A DNA stretch of 64,000 nt from Eledone cirrhosa. Its lineage: Eukaryota. A program made the position numbers and the translations under genes. Positions 25,503-40,951 of this stretch are shown piece after piece. Position 1 is the stretch's first letter. Every line of letters starts with the position of its first letter. The stretch covers positions 3,844,001 through 3,908,000 of the forward strand of contig OZ024758.1 of the NCBI GenBank assembly GCA_964016885.1. The letters are read 5' to 3'. Under the pieces are notes generated by a model. It made no database searches and was not told where the DNA came from. It saw nothing but the letters and a program-made list of their open reading frames with translations.

Positions 25503-26967
25503 TGTTTTTTTTTCAAATTGTAATTTTACCTAAGAATAGTCGTAAAGAAGTAAGGCAAGTTTTCCATATGAAGAACATTTAGGAAACTATTTCTATTTCA
25601 GAACAGAAAAAAAATTTGGTGAATATTTCGTCTGCCAATTAACTAAATGGCATACTTTTAGGGTTGGGCCAGAATACATACACTGTTCAAAATATTAAGG
25701 GTAGTAAACCAAAGTGGGTTTCATGCGAGATTCACATGCTTTACTAATTGTTTCATGTATCTGTACCTTATCCATTTCCCTCCTCAGTTGTAAGAATTAT
25801 TTAATTACTTGTTAATATAGACGCTTTGATATCCTTCTCAAAAGACATTCCATTGTTACCACCTGCCTATACATTGTTGTGCTGTTTAATGTGCATTTTT
25901 TCGGTGGCTTGTTTATACCCTCGTGCAGTCTGAGCTCAATATGATGCAATATAACACTTATGCATTAAATTGTACTCTTCCGGAATATTGTTGAGTTTGT
26001 TCGTTCACTCTGTGTTTCGGCTTTTATGTTTTCAAGTACATTTTGCTATTTATATATAACACGTGTATTGAAACTAGGTCTACTTTTTTTAGATAAGAAA
26101 AATCTAATGTTTATGTGACCGAGTGTGTGCGTACGAGTGTCGGTGTCTGTGTGTGTAAAAGTGTATATGTGAATGTGTGTGTGTGTAAAAGTGTATATGT
26201 GAACGTGTCTGTGTGTGTGTGTGTAAAAGATTATATGTCAGTGTGTGTCTGTGTGCGTAAAATTGTTTATGTGAATGTGTGTTTATATATGGGTGTCGCT
26301 GTGATAATAGGTGTCAAACAAAAAAAAAAAACAACGAAAAAACAATATTGTTATATCGCATTACTGTAATTGAGCGACGCCTTATACCCTATACACCTTT
26401 CCCTGATGTGTAGATAATCATCTATTAGAGATTATTAAGTTTAGCCAACGTATTCGTATTACAGTAGAATAGTATTGTAGAGAGATATAGCTTAGATTAC
26501 CTCCCATAATTACGGTTGTTTGGTTCTTGTCAGTAAAATAAAATTATACTTATTAACTCTGAAACAAGACAAGGTGACAAGTGCATGAAAACGAAAAAAA
26601 AAAAGAACTACACAGGTGTTCCTTAGACTACATGTTCACTACTACCTATGTGGAATTTATACTGAAGAATCAAAGACCCAGGTAATAAATACAATTATGT
26701 TTTGGACGAATGGCAATTAGTAAGTAACAACTGGCCATATCTAAAGAAACAGCGTATAAGCTACCACACACAACAATTTAAAACATAATTTATAATCTTA
26801 ATATAACTCATTACACCAAAGTTTACTTCAGTTTCTATGGTTATTGTTACCCCCATTTTCAGAGATGCTTGAATAACTCATATTTAGATTATACTGCTTC
26901 ACAAAATATGGACATTTTGTAGCTGGTGAGAAAAAATCAAAATGACTAATAATTACGTCTGTAATGT

Positions 26968-27375
26968 GAAAAGACTCGTGGCTTATTGCTTCACAATCGT
27001 GAGGTTGGATTCACAATCGTGAGGTTGGATTCACAATCGTGAGGTTGGATTCACAATCGTGAGGCTGGATTCACAATCGTGAGGTTGCGAGTTCAATTCT
27101 GTTGAATTCTGTTCAATACTGTTTCTTTAAGCAATACATTGTATTTCACTTTGCTCCTTCTGCCATGAGTTGCGACCAGTAGATAGTATCAGCAATGGAA
27201 AGACCATTGGAAACATTGTTTCTTTGGTCAGAATTGACGAGGTTCACCCTACTTGGCAAGCGAATGATGTATGGTATCTTGTCGATCGATACGAGCAAGC
27301 AAATGAGAGAAATCTCGTAGAACCAATGACAGATAGAGCTAACGTATTATTCCCTAACACTGTAAAATCTGGTCA
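26968..27375 (+). mobile_element. SINE family A with internal 20-bp tandem expansion and long tail
   Basis: tcacaatcgtgaggttggat x4.8 (26991-27087), then gagttcaattc B box, CORE-like segment and a tail shared with 39495-39570. Confidence 0.75.
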
Positions 27376-28100
27376 GTGTTAGTTAGTATTACTCATAGTA
27401 ATAAATTATTTCTCTTGTTATATCACTACCTATTCAACCAGATTACCATGTTGTTATTTATTTATTTAAATATATATTTATTTGTCTATATATACATTTA
27501 TATATTTGTTTGTTTATTCTTCAGCAAAGGTTGTTTTCATTTCAACAACTGTGACTCTCTTGTGTATAACAATGATTGACATAGCTGTCGATAAGATGGC
27601 GTATTATGCTGGTAATTATCTCGCTAAATATTACCACTACCACTACACTGATGTAGAATAATATGAGGGAGACATGGTCGATTCCGTATTTGTTTGTTTT
27701 ATCAACTATGTATCATTTTTTCGCTGTTTTTGTTTCATTCAGTTGCTTATTTTTTATTTGGCTATTTCTAGTGTTTTTGTTTTTTTTTCTTTTCACATTG
27801 CTGTTCTTGTTTTTGTTGCTGTTGTTGCTGTTGACGTGTTGTCTAATTCATTTGGCAACATTAATGGTGGACATTCCAATCATGGTGGAACGTTGAAATC
27901 AATGACGACATGTAGTAATGAAGGCAACAACTACATACATATATAACAAGTAAAAGAGGGGAAACAAAGACAGAACCAGATACAAAAAATAACAGCAAAG
28001 ACAATGTCGACAGCAAAACAAAAAAATCAAACATAAAATGTTTAAAACGAACACAATGATATAAAATCTTGAAAACACTAGTAATAGGGTAACATGCGTA

Positions 28101-28380
28101 CCTCTCTCTTTCTCTCTCTCTCGCCCTCTCTCTCCTTCTCTCTGGCGCTCTCTCTCCTTCTCTCTCGCCCTCTCTCTCTCTCCTTCGCTCACGCTCTCTC
28201 TCGCCCCTTCTCTCGCGCTCTCTCTCTCTTTCTCCTCTCCGGTTCTGATTTGATGTAAGCACGTATCTATCTACCTATCTATGTACCTATTCATCTATCT
28301 ATTTACCTCTCTATCTGTCTATCTACGTATCTATCCATCTATCTATTTATCTCTCAGCACAGATATACAGATAGATAGGC
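28101..28380. repeat. (CT)n and (CTAT)n repeats
   Basis: Direct inspection. Confidence 0.85.
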
Positions 28381-28501
28381 AATCTGTTCTAAGTTATATA
28401 ATTTTTATGTAAAACCCCTACCGTCAAGTCTTGTAATGTCCCATTTATTGTACGCCCTTGTGGCAAATAAAGAAAGATATTTATCTGTCTATTTGTCTAT
28501 A

Positions 28502-28550
<49 letters not shown>

Positions 28551-28553
<3 letters not shown>

Positions 28554-28688
28554 TAAGTTATTCCGGGTTGAATCGCAGGTAACCACAGTAAGTAAGGTAC
28601 TCAATACATAGCCGAGTATAAAAGTTTTAATATAGATGAGATTCTACAGGACTAGAACTGTTTCATTCTTTAGAAATGATCATAACTA
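28551..28688 (-). mobile_element. PLE-like terminal remnant (family H3)
   Basis: Minus strand reads atgatca-tttctaaagaat-GAAAC-agttcta-GTC-ctgtag; follows (TA)n; shares sequence with 2515-2570. Confidence 0.55.
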
Positions 28689-29225
28689 TATATATACTCT
28701 ATATATATAAATACTTCTCTAACTATCTATCTACTCTTGTATCTATCTATGAACTTCTCTATCTATCTAACCTTTTATACACCTACCTCTCTATCTATCT
28801 ACATCTCTATCTCTCTATCTATCTATCCATTTATCTATCTATCTACCTCTCTATCTATCTGTCTATCCATCTATAATCTGTCTTTCCCTCTTTCCTTCTT
28901 CCTTCCTAACTAATGCAGTCTATGCAGGAGGTGAGAACTTTGATAATTAGACAAAGAATACAGGAAGACAAAAATTGTTAAATTGATCCATTTTTCGCAT
29001 AGTTGATTGATAATTGAGGAAGAATTACCATGTATATGTGTGTGTGTGTCTGAGAAGGAAACACACACGCATACGCAAACGCACACACATACGCGCACAC
29101 ACACACACATACACACATACACACACACATACATAGGGAAAGAGAAATAAACACGCACGCATACATACATACATTTTCAGAGTGAAATGAAAAAGGTTGT
29201 ATAGAGAGAAAAAAGGTGTAAAATG

Positions 29226-29515
29226 TGCTCGGTAGAGCGTCAGACGCCATGCTTTGCAGCATAGTTATGGCCCTTTACGTTCTGAGTGCAAATCCTGTCA
29301 AGGTTAACTTTGCGTTACATCCTTCCGGGCTCGGTAGAATAAAGTACCAGTAATGCACTAGGATAATTGCTGGCCTTGTGCCAAAAGTAGAAACAATTAT
29401 TATAGCACTGTTCCTAGGTCGATAAAATATAGTACCAGTTATACACCGAAGCCGAGTTTATCGACTTTCCTCCTACCTCAAAATTGTTGGCCATGTACCT
29501 ACATGAGAGACAGTT
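29226..29515 (+). mobile_element. SINE B short copy followed by a long-variant 3' fragment
   Basis: 29226-29402 matches 44088; 29415-29515 has ggtcgataaaatatagtaccag...atcgactttcctcc. Confidence 0.85.
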
Positions 29516-30183
29516 CATGTTGTTTTTAAGTGTTACAGAAGGAACAATAAATACAAGTGTAAGTTCATAAAATACAGTTAAATTCATAAAATATGAAATA
29601 TATGATAATCACGTAATATTCTGTACAGCAAGACACTTTTACTATGTAATTAATCTCACTTTCTACGCTTTATTAATATATAGCTATCTTGATATAAGTA
29701 CTTACGGACAACTGACGTTACACACTAGGTCCCAGGTCCGAGCACAGAAGAGCCGAACTCCCACTGTCATCGCCTCCATTTCTGTCGCCCACCTCATCTC
29801 TCTCTATTATGAGCAAATGCTTTTCGCCACACTGCTCCGGCGAACAGAATTGAATTAACATTAAAGACAATAGAAATGATAATATATGTTGCACATGAGA
29901 GAACAGTGACATCTTGGTAAAGTAAAACTGTTCTATATGGGCCGAGGTTCTTGTAAACTTACAATGCCTGTGCTATCTGTTCTAAGCTGACAACCAGGTA
30001 TCTTATAAACTATGGTTAGTATGATAGCATCAATCACGTGAGTCACTGTGTGTATATTGTCCTTATATAGAGAACACAATACACCATTTACAATGTATTG
30101 AGTGCTTATGCATTTTTCTATTTAAGTTTCGTTGCTCGTTTGCATGGCAATACACAAAGGACATACATTATACATATATATAC

Positions 30184-31226
30184 AATATATATATATTTAT
30201 ATATATATATATAATATATATATATATTTATATATAATATATATATTTATATATATATATATTTATATTTATATATAATATATATATATATATAATATAT
30301 TATATATATATAATATATTATATATATATATTATATATATATATTATATATATATATTATATATATATATTATATATATATATTATATATATTATATATT
30401 ATATATATTATATATTATATATATATATTATATATATATTATATATTATATATATATATTATATATATATTATATATTATATATATATATTATATATATA
30501 TTATATATTATATATATATATTATATATTATATATTATATATATATATTATATATTATATATATATATTATATATATATTATATATTATATATATATATT
30601 ATATATTATATATATATATTATATATATATTTATATATATTATATATATATATTATATATATATATTATATATATATTATATATATATATTATATATATT
30701 ATATATATTATATTATATATTATATATATATATTATATAATATATATATTATATATATTATATTATATATTATATAATATATATATATTATATATATATA
30801 TTATATTATATATATATATTATATAATATATTATATATATATATATTATATTATATATATATATTATATATATTATATTATATATATTATATATATTATA
30901 TTATATATATATATTATATTATATATATATATATTATATATATATATTATATATATATATATATTATATTATATATATATATTATATAATATATTATATA
31001 TATATATATATTATATTATATATTATATATTATATTATATATTATATTATATATTATATATATATATATATATTATATTATATATTATATATATATATAT
31101 TATATATTATATATATATTATATATATATTATATATATATATTATATTATATATTATATTATATATTATATAATATATTATATTATATATTATATATATA
31201 TATTATATATATATATTATATATATA
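30184..31226. repeat. Pure A/T interrupted (TA)n array, about 1.04 kb
   Basis: No G or C seen between 30183 and 31227. Confidence 0.95.
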
Positions 31227-31599
31227 CACATTTATATTCATACACATTACGTTACGTTGCATTCTAGATGAAATCATGTCAAAATAATTTTATTGCTTCC
31301 ATTACATATCCGTCCAATATAAATAAAATATACATAATTATATACATACACACATATTTACATATGTATGTATCTATATGTGCACGTATATACATACATA
31401 AACATATATACATACATACTTACATAGGTAGGTGTGCACATACAACTATATACACACATATATGCATACACACATACAAACATACATGCAAATATATTTG
31501 TCCATATATACAAACATACATACTTACAAACATACATGCATGCAGATATATATACAAATATACAAACATATATATATATACACACACACAGACACAAAC

Positions 31600-32090
<491 letters not shown>

Positions 32091-32379
32091 ACGGATACAC
32101 ATATGCGTACACAAACACATGCACATACACAAATACTTACACGCATAAGCAGACACAAATACACATATATATATAAACATATCCCTGTGATAGTTTTCTA
32201 TATTCTATTTTCCCCTCTTCACATTTACCTAATCATGTATTTAACGTCTAAAAAATAGAGAAAATCCCACTATTTCTGCTTTATTGAATACTTTACCAAC
32301 TAATTGAATGCTGAATTAAATATATTCCAATGTATTGCTGGATCGATAAATCATGATTTGATACGTATGTGTGTGTATG

Positions 32380-32417
<38 letters not shown>

Positions 32418-32922
32418 CACATATTTATACACACACTCACACACATGTATGTATGTATATTTATGTGTATGTATATTTATGAATATATATATATATATAT
32501 ATACACAGCCTTACGTAACTGCAAACATACAGACACGCGAATATACACACCGCCGTATGAATATACATTTGTGTGGTGTAAGATTGTCTATATGAATATA
32601 TATATATATGCATACATACTTACGTTCATACGTTCGTGCAAACACACTGACACACCCGCATATACACACAGCTGCATGAATATATATATATATATATATA
32701 TATACAGTGTGTAGGTGTTCAGAGCTTGTACAAATATACCACAACCACATTCACCTACATGTAGCTGTGTATTTGGCTTAGCTTGTTGGCTTCATTGTTA
32801 AACTAAAGTATGTTTTATTAAAAAAAAAAATTGCATTCATGTCATTATTCGCGTACATTCTTTGTGATGTTCGCACAACGGAAGTGATAAAAGTTTCCAC
32901 ACATTCCACACACACACACATA

Positions 32923-32982
<60 letters not shown>

Positions 32983-33521
32983 GTGTGTGTGTGTGCGCAC
33001 ACATACACATACTTTTATTTATGTGTATATAGGTGAGTTGAATGTTCTTGAATTTTAACAGATTTCTTTGAGTAGATTTATGACTGTTCCGACATTCATC
33101 AGAATCTATGTGTTACTGTTGTTATATATGATTGCGTCTGTGTGTCTCGTCTCAAAACCAATGTTTTTTTTTTCTCCCCATTCTTTGCCGTGATATAATT
33201 GATAGTTCGTGAAAGAAATATTTGATCAATCCAGGTAAATTTCTCATTGGAAATTCCTCAGAAGTCCACACTGCCTTTTAACAGTCTTTGGTCGTAAATA
33301 TAACAAAGCATAAACTATATCTTCTAAAACGTAATCTGATGCTTACTGTAGAAATTTATGTTGGGGAAATATGAAATTTAAATATATCTGCGTCTTTGTT
33401 TTTGTGTTTGAAAAATCACCACATCGCAGTATAACTAATAGTTGAGTAAGTAGGAGAAATTACACTTACACATTGAACATTTGGACAGAAACCCTTCTTC
33501 AGTTTCTGTTTAACAAATTAA

Positions 33522-33732
33522 CCCTTTACCATTTACATTACTCTACATATACTATAATGTTTTTATTGTAAATTCTTTACGTTACATAATTATCTCACAT
33601 AATATCAAATCTATGAGATTTTGATATTACTTATTTTGAGATCAATACCTTAGCGACTGGTTACAGCAGTTGTGAACAGAAAAAAGGTGAGAGAATTTAT
33701 GGCCGGATATGGCCGGTTTAATTGCTGAAGGG
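33522..33732. mobile_element. piggyBac-like (TTAA-target) MITE
   Basis: TTAA|ccctttaccattta ... taattgctgaaggg|TTAA. Confidence 0.8.
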
Positions 33733-34539
33733 TTAAACCGACCAAACATATATCAACCCGAGTTTAGCGTAGTAGATGACCATGTTATAACGCAGTTTGT
33801 CTGAACGCATACCGGTGTGGCTGTGAAGTGAACTCATTGATAACCCAGCATATATGAAGGAAATAATCAGCACACGTTTTCTTCCCCGGAAACATAAATT
33901 TCAATTCGCTGTGATCAGCCTTTAACGGTGTTGAGATTTAAAGATGTTTAATGATATTTCAAAAGGTGTTACTTGGTAAATGTCATTAAAAGAAGCACGT
34001 TTTGCTTGAATGTACTCAAAAATGTAAAGAAATGAAAGAAAAATAAATACTCCCGTAAATTGAAAATTATTCTGTTTTAACATACTTAATTTAATGGCAA
34101 TACATTTCAAAGTTAAAATGTTAATGTAACAAATAGCCTCTCGACACGAAAAAATGACGTTGCATTTAGTTCTTAAGGAAATTTGAAGATTCATCTGGCA
34201 ACATTTCTTAATAGACTACACATAAAATTTACCATATTCACATATTTACAGTGAAAGTTATCCAGCACGAAATATAAGCAATAATGTATTCTACAAATAC
34301 TCAGGTTTGTGCTTCGTATGAGAAATTTCTAAAGGATTAAAAAAAAAATCTCTTGTAATATTGATTTCCAGTTCGTACTTTTAATAACGGTTTGTCATAT
34401 TTGTCATGTTGGTGTAGGTTGTCTAGTTTATGGCTTTCTTAATACTATTTAGTGTTGATTTCTTTTTCAAATATATACGTGATTCTAAGGACTACACTTA
34501 TTACTATTTAAATATATTTCCTTACAAAACAATCGATTT

Positions 34540-35233
34540 CATGTATATATATATGTATATATTTATATGTATATGTATATATATTTGTATATATTTATAT
34601 GTATATATATATATATTTGTATATATTTATATTTGTATATATATATATATTTATATTTGTATATATATATTTGTATATATATATTTGTATATATATATAT
34701 TTGTATATATATATATTTGTATATATATATATATTTGTATATATATATATATTTGTATATATATTTATATATATTTGTATATATATATATTTATATATAT
34801 TTGTATATATATATATATTTATATATATTTGTATATATATATATATTTATATATATTTGTATATATATATATTTATATATATTTGTATATATATATATAT
34901 TTATATATATTTGTATATATATATATATTTATATATATTTGTATATATATATATATTTATATATATTTGTATATATATATATATTTATATATATTTGTAT
35001 ATATATATATATTTATATATATTTGTATATATATATATTTATATATATTTGTATATATATATATATATATATATTTGTATATATATATATTTATATATAT
35101 TTGTATATATATATATTTATATATATTTGTATATATATATATTTATATATATTTGGATATATATATATTTATATATATATATTTATATATATATATATAT
35201 ATTTATATATTTATATATATATATTTATATATT

Positions 35234-35267
<34 letters not shown>

Positions 35268-35538
35268 TGTATATATATATATGTATATATATTTATATAT
35301 ATATTTATATATATATTTATATTTATATATATATATATTTATATTTATATATGTATATATATTTATATATGTATATATATTTATATATGTATATATATTT
35401 ATATATATGTATATATATTTATATATATGTATATATATTTATATATATGTATATATATGTATATATATTTATATATATGTATATATATTTATATATATGT
35501 ATATATATTTATATATATGTATATATATTTATATATAT
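34540..35538. repeat. About 1-kb compound (TA)n array with tttg/ttta/tgta interruptions
   Basis: Direct inspection. Confidence 0.97.
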
Positions 35539-35630
35539 TTCTCATTCACTCATTCAATGCCTTGTAGTAAACAATAAAACAAAACCTTATGATATGGAGG
35601 GTAGATCTGGGTATTTAATGACTCCAATGT

Positions 35631-35677
35631 CATGATCCCCTCACATGATCCCCTCACATGATCCCCTCACATGATCC
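35631..35677. repeat. 13-bp tandem repeat x3.6
   Basis: catgatcccctca units. Confidence 0.9.
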
Positions 35678-36137
35678 TTTAACAGGGAAGGGTGGACGAC
35701 CTTCTTGCGTCTGGTGACGATGGTGAAAGAGTTTGCGTGATGGGAGAAAACTGAAGCTCAGAAAATTGTCACTATCCTCATCGGTCGATCTCTCACCTGG
35801 AAAGAAAGGTGAGGGTAACGAGGGAGGTTCTCACGTCCAATATATTTATAAAACAGTAGATGAAAACATCGGAAATGGCAAGAGTGGATGAGTCTACAAC
35901 TTGTGTATGTAGCGTGGACAACAACAATTGTGATGTTTCACACGCCCTTGGCAATCAAAGTGCTCCTGTCCTGTTGAATCCATTAGTTATTGCGTCTTAT
36001 ATAATTGTATACTATGTAGACCTAATTTGCATACTATGTATATGTCTTGTCTAACACATTTTTGTCCTTTCTATATAAACCGACTCTTTCAAGTTGGATC
36101 TTGTCTTTGTAATGTCGTCTTCATCGAAAGATTTTGT

Positions 36138-36310
36138 GTACGGCCCTTTATGTTCTGAGTTCAAATTCCGTCGAGGTTAACTTTGCCTTTCATCTTTACG
36201 CGGTCGAAAAAATAAAGTACCAGTAATGCATTGGAATTGATTTAATTGACTTTCCCCTCCCCCACAATTGCTGGCCTTGTGCCTAAATCAGAAACGGTTC
36301 TTCTTATTAT
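36138..36310 (+). mobile_element. SINE B long variant, 5'-truncated
   Basis: ttctgagttcaaattcc...gcctttcatc...gtaccagtaatgca...gactttcccctcccccacaattgctggccttgtgcc. Confidence 0.88.
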
Positions 36311-36477
36311 CAATATGTCTGACCCAGTAGACTTTTAGTCTGCGGTAAGAGACTAACCTTCAGCTAAGAAAATACTACTAACTAGAATAGCATTGAATAC
36401 TCATAGAGTTTGTCAAGTGACACACACATACATACTCATACACACACACGCACCTGCACACATACACGCACATATAC

Positions 36478-36508
<31 letters not shown>

Positions 36509-36639
36509 TACTTACATATATATATATATACAAACATATACACACATATACATACACACATACTTATAAATATATACATACACACATATAAATATATACA
36601 TAAACACACATACCTACACACATGCATATATCTACATAG

Positions 36640-36678
<39 letters not shown>

Positions 36679-37142
36679 CATAAACGTACACACATACGTA
36701 CATACATACATATATATATACACGTACATACATACATATATATGTATACACATACATACATATATATACACGTACATACATACATACATACATACATACA
36801 TACATAACACCTAGTCCCACATCCACAACTGGAAAAACAATAAGATAAGCAACCAAGTATGAGAAACAAGTATATCCTCCTAATTAAAGTGACACCACCG
36901 AGAGAAGAAGTGTCACTACACATGCATTTCACTTCTTCAGCCTCACGTTAGCATTTTACGGTTGTATGCATGAGAATTCTTTAGAATCTCTACATAGGAA
37001 TTTAACGATACAACGACTTTTAATATATGTACATGTTGTGTTGATGTTTTCAAAGATATACTGTCACTGGTGACATGAAAATACGTTCAACCATGTATTA
37101 TGTATGTGTATGAGTGTGTGGGTGTCCCTACTGATGTGTGGG

Positions 37143-37555
37143 TCTCTCGTTCTCTCTCGTTCTTTCTCTCGTTCTTTCTCTCACTCTTTCTCTCTCCTTC
37201 TTTCTCTCACTATTTCTCTCCCGCTCTGTTTATTTCGCTCTTTCTCTCTCGCTCTGTTTCTCTCGCTCTTTCTCTCTCGCTCTTTCTCTCGCTCTTTCTC
37301 TCGCTCTTTCTCTCGCCCTTTCTCTCTCTCGTTCTGTCTCTCGCCCTTTCTCTCTCTCGTTATGTCTCTCGCCCTTTCTCTCTCTCGTTCTGTCTCTCGC
37401 CCTTTCTCTTTCTCGCCCTTTCTCTCTCTCGCCCTTTCTCTCTCGTTCTGTCTCTCGCCCTGTCTCTCTCTCGTTCTGTCTCTCGCCCTGTCTCTCTCTT
37501 TATCTCTCTCGTTCTGTCTCTCGCCCTGTCTCTCTCTTTCTCTCTCTCTCCATCT
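37143..37555. repeat. CT-rich higher-order repeat (tctctcgcccttt / tctctcgttctg units)
   Basis: Direct inspection. Confidence 0.9.
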
Positions 37556-38029
37556 CTCACCCCCACCCCCTCTCACTGTCTCTCATTCTCTCTCTCCCTC
37601 CCACCATCTATCACAATCGCCATATCTCTCATCCTCCATCTCTCACACACTCCGTATCTCACTCTCTCTCCCTCGGTCTCTATTTTTTCTAGAATATAAC
37701 TAAGTGCAAGTTTTCATTTTTTATCAACAATTTTCACTCAGATTTTAAGGAACTTTATATATCTTAAACCTGGAGAGGGATGACCTCCACCTGGCTTAAA
37801 ATGCCCAAGAAACAGCACCCCTACGACTCTATCAGGAGTTACGTGTCTCTACATACATATATCTTAAAAGGAACAATGCATTTCTATGCTACATCAACGT
37901 ATCATGATTTATCGCAGTTTAGTTTCTTGTTTAATGGATGTTAGTATGGATGATTATTTTAATTTTGATATGTAATGATCATGCGATGGTCATGTGATAG
38001 TCATGTGATGTTCGTATGAATATCCTTCG

Positions 38030-38188
38030 GTCATGCTTTGACGCAAAGGGTTACGGCCCTTTCCATTCTGAGTTCAAATCCCGCCGAGGTTAACTTTGCC
38101 TTTCATCCTTATGGGGTCGATAAAATAAAGTACCAGTAATACACTGGGATAATTGCTGGCCTGGTGCCAAAAGTAGAAACAATTATTT
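38030..38188 (+). mobile_element. SINE B short variant
   Basis: Close match to 44120-44276. Confidence 0.9.
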
Positions 38189-38332
38189 TCTAAACCACCG
38201 AACATTTTATTAAAACTCATTTCTGTCCAAAGTTGCAATAGAGATTGATTTAGTATCAGTTTGCTATGAAGTGTAATCCTTGTTTTCTTTAAATAAGTGA
38301 TCAGATCTCTGGCCATGCTGGAGCTCCTTAAC

Positions 38333-38485
38333 CAGGCGCTAAATTGACAGTCTTTAGAACGTCGGACACAACGCTATTAGTTCTGGCTGTCTGTTCTTTG
38401 AGTTCAAATCACAGCGAGGTAAACATTGCCTTTCATTCTTTCTAGGTGGATAAAAATGTACCAGTCTAGTACTGGGGTCGATTCT
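38333..38485 (+). mobile_element. Diverged SINE B
   Basis: tgagttcaaatc...ttgcctttcattc...gtaccagtctagtactggggtcgat. Confidence 0.7.
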
Positions 38486-39194
38486 TCCTCTATATCTCTT
38501 TCTCACGCCCTTCCTTCATCCTTCTATCCTTCTCTGGGAGAAATCTACTATACCCAGACCTGGGGAGTGATAGGCTTTACCAGAGTTAAATATGCCCCCA
38601 AACTACCGTATATCAATACGGTGCCCTTACCAATCACACAGGAGTTATGGGAACATAACATACAATAGCATACGCCCTTACTTCTATTTTGATGCATAAA
38701 TGTATAGATTTTTATAAACGTGTTTCACTGTTAAATATTTCGATTTCGTTTCATATGTTAAAGACGTCGATTTTATTTTCGATCTGATTCGATAGAAAAG
38801 CATAAAAATCGAACAGATGTCGTGACAAGGAGAATATTACAGATAATTGCACCTAATGGATGTTGTATTCTTTTGGATGTTATTTTTATTAACGTGTTTA
38901 TCTATAAACAAGAGTCAATTCGGTCAAATATTACACGCTATGTTTGACGTATGTCTTTCAACTAGATAGTTTCTGTTGGTATATATATTCTGTTGGTTTT
39001 CTTACACTGCCGTATACTATCTCTCCTAAAACATCCAACGGTTTGTGTAAAGTATTCTAAGTACATTGAAAATATAATATTGTCCCTTCAAAAGAAAACA
39101 AAAATAATAAAATAAAAATATATATATTATATTATATTATATATATATTTATATTATATTATATTATATTATATTATATTATATTATATTATAT

Positions 39195-39241
<47 letters not shown>

Positions 39242-39494
39242 CAGAGTATGAGGTTAACCGAACAGCGATGAGCGGATCACATTATGGTATGTCGGTTGTG
39301 AAGCAGTTATATAGTTTAAGGAAACAACAACCAGAGGTACACAAATCTTATTAGTTTCACACTTTATATTGGAGAAAGGGAAGAAAGTTCGACGTGTCGG
39401 GTTTAAGCCCTTATTCAGGAGTACAAACAGAGACATGATTACAGTGGACAAACAGAAAGAATGTCCAGTAGAAAAAAAAAAAAGGATCGATTGA

Positions 39495-39690
39495 CTTTCG
39501 TCGAATCGGACCGAGGAAACAATGTTTCCATTTGTCTTTCCATTGCTAATACTTTCTAACGTTCGCAATTCCAATGAGAAGGAGCAACGTGAAATAAAGT
39601 GTCTTGTCCAAGGACATAACGCATTGGCATGTCCAGGAGTCGAACTCACAACCTCACCATTGTGAATCCAATTCTCTTACCACTCAGCCA
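39495..39690 (-). mobile_element. SINE family A
   Basis: The reverse complement has tggctgagtggtaagag A box, gagttcgactcc B box, gtccttggacaagacactttatttcacgttgctcc and the same tail as 27160-27240. Confidence 0.82.
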
Positions 39691-40292
39691 GTAAAGACAC
39701 ATGGAAAACAAGAAAACCGTTTAGGTCTTTGGCTAGGCATGGCGGGAAAAGTGGAATGACTGAACAAAGTAAGAAAGATGACAAGAACTGATATTGTTAT
39801 ATGGATTATTTGAAAACTGCTAGAGTATATGAGATGATTACTTAATGTATTATTATGTATAGTCATTATTAACTAGCATTTAATTCATATTAAACGTTTT
39901 TTTTTTTATTTGCAGTGCTACAAATCTGGAGAGAATTTAAAAGGCTCTTCTGAATAGGGATTTTACAACTGACATTATATATCTATGTGGACATTCACTA
40001 ACTCCATGTAAGTACTGAAATATTTTAATTGTATTTATTAATAATGTTTACATCTTGAGTTGTGAGTTTTGTAGGAAAAATAGCATTTACGAAACATAAG
40101 TACTGAAAATGAATTACTCTCATAATATATAACTTTGTGGAAACGGTTTCGGTAATTTTCATATTTTCATATCTTATCCTGATGAAACAAATATATATAC
40201 ATACACATACATACATACATAGATACATACATACATGCATACACACACACACACTGATAAAACAAATATACACACACACACTGATAAAACAA

Positions 40293-40337
<45 letters not shown>

Positions 40338-40738
40338 GATGTCAATATGTACGTGGTTATCACATTCTCGTTCTCTCTCTACCTACTTCACCATCTCTCT
40401 CCAATCCCCTCTCTCTCTCTATATATATATATAGGAGAGAGAGGGGGAGGAGGAGAGCGAACTTTTGTGTGTGTCTGTGTGAGCAAGAGTGTAATAAAGA
40501 GTGAAAGTGTGAGAGAGAGAGTGAGAGACTTGTCGAGATAGATAATTTGACATTCAGGTATGTATACATATGCTCACACAATACACTTCTGCAATTTTCA
40601 TCTGCTTTATATAACGAAACGTATGACTTACAAAGCTAAAAGCAATCTCCCTAGGCATCTTAATTAACTGCTGAGAGATAAAACATCTAACATTTTGTGC
40701 AAAGTATCCTAAATGCAATGAAAATATAATATTGCACC

Positions 40739-40777
<39 letters not shown>

Positions 40778-40779
<2 letters not shown>

Positions 40780-40908
40780 CAAAGGAATTGTGGTAAGGAA
40801 CCAGATGGACCATAACGCACCAGAGTACTCAATACTTAGGGTAGTAGAGTGGGAAATAGGGAAATAGGAAAATAGGAAAAAAGCTCTGCTGTCGGGGTCA
40901 TACTTTTT

Positions 40909-40911
<3 letters not shown>
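40778..40911. mobile_element. (TA)n-embedded family H2 insert
   Basis: Near-identical to 20693-20775, then jumps to agctctgctgtcggggtcatactttttcc. Confidence 0.75.

Positions 40912-40945
<34 letters not shown>

Positions 40946-40951
<6 letters not shown>

Noticed and set aside
26991-27087. CRISPR-like repeat array
   Set aside because: Units are contiguous with no spacers, lie inside a SINE, and there are no cas genes; the DNA is eukaryotic
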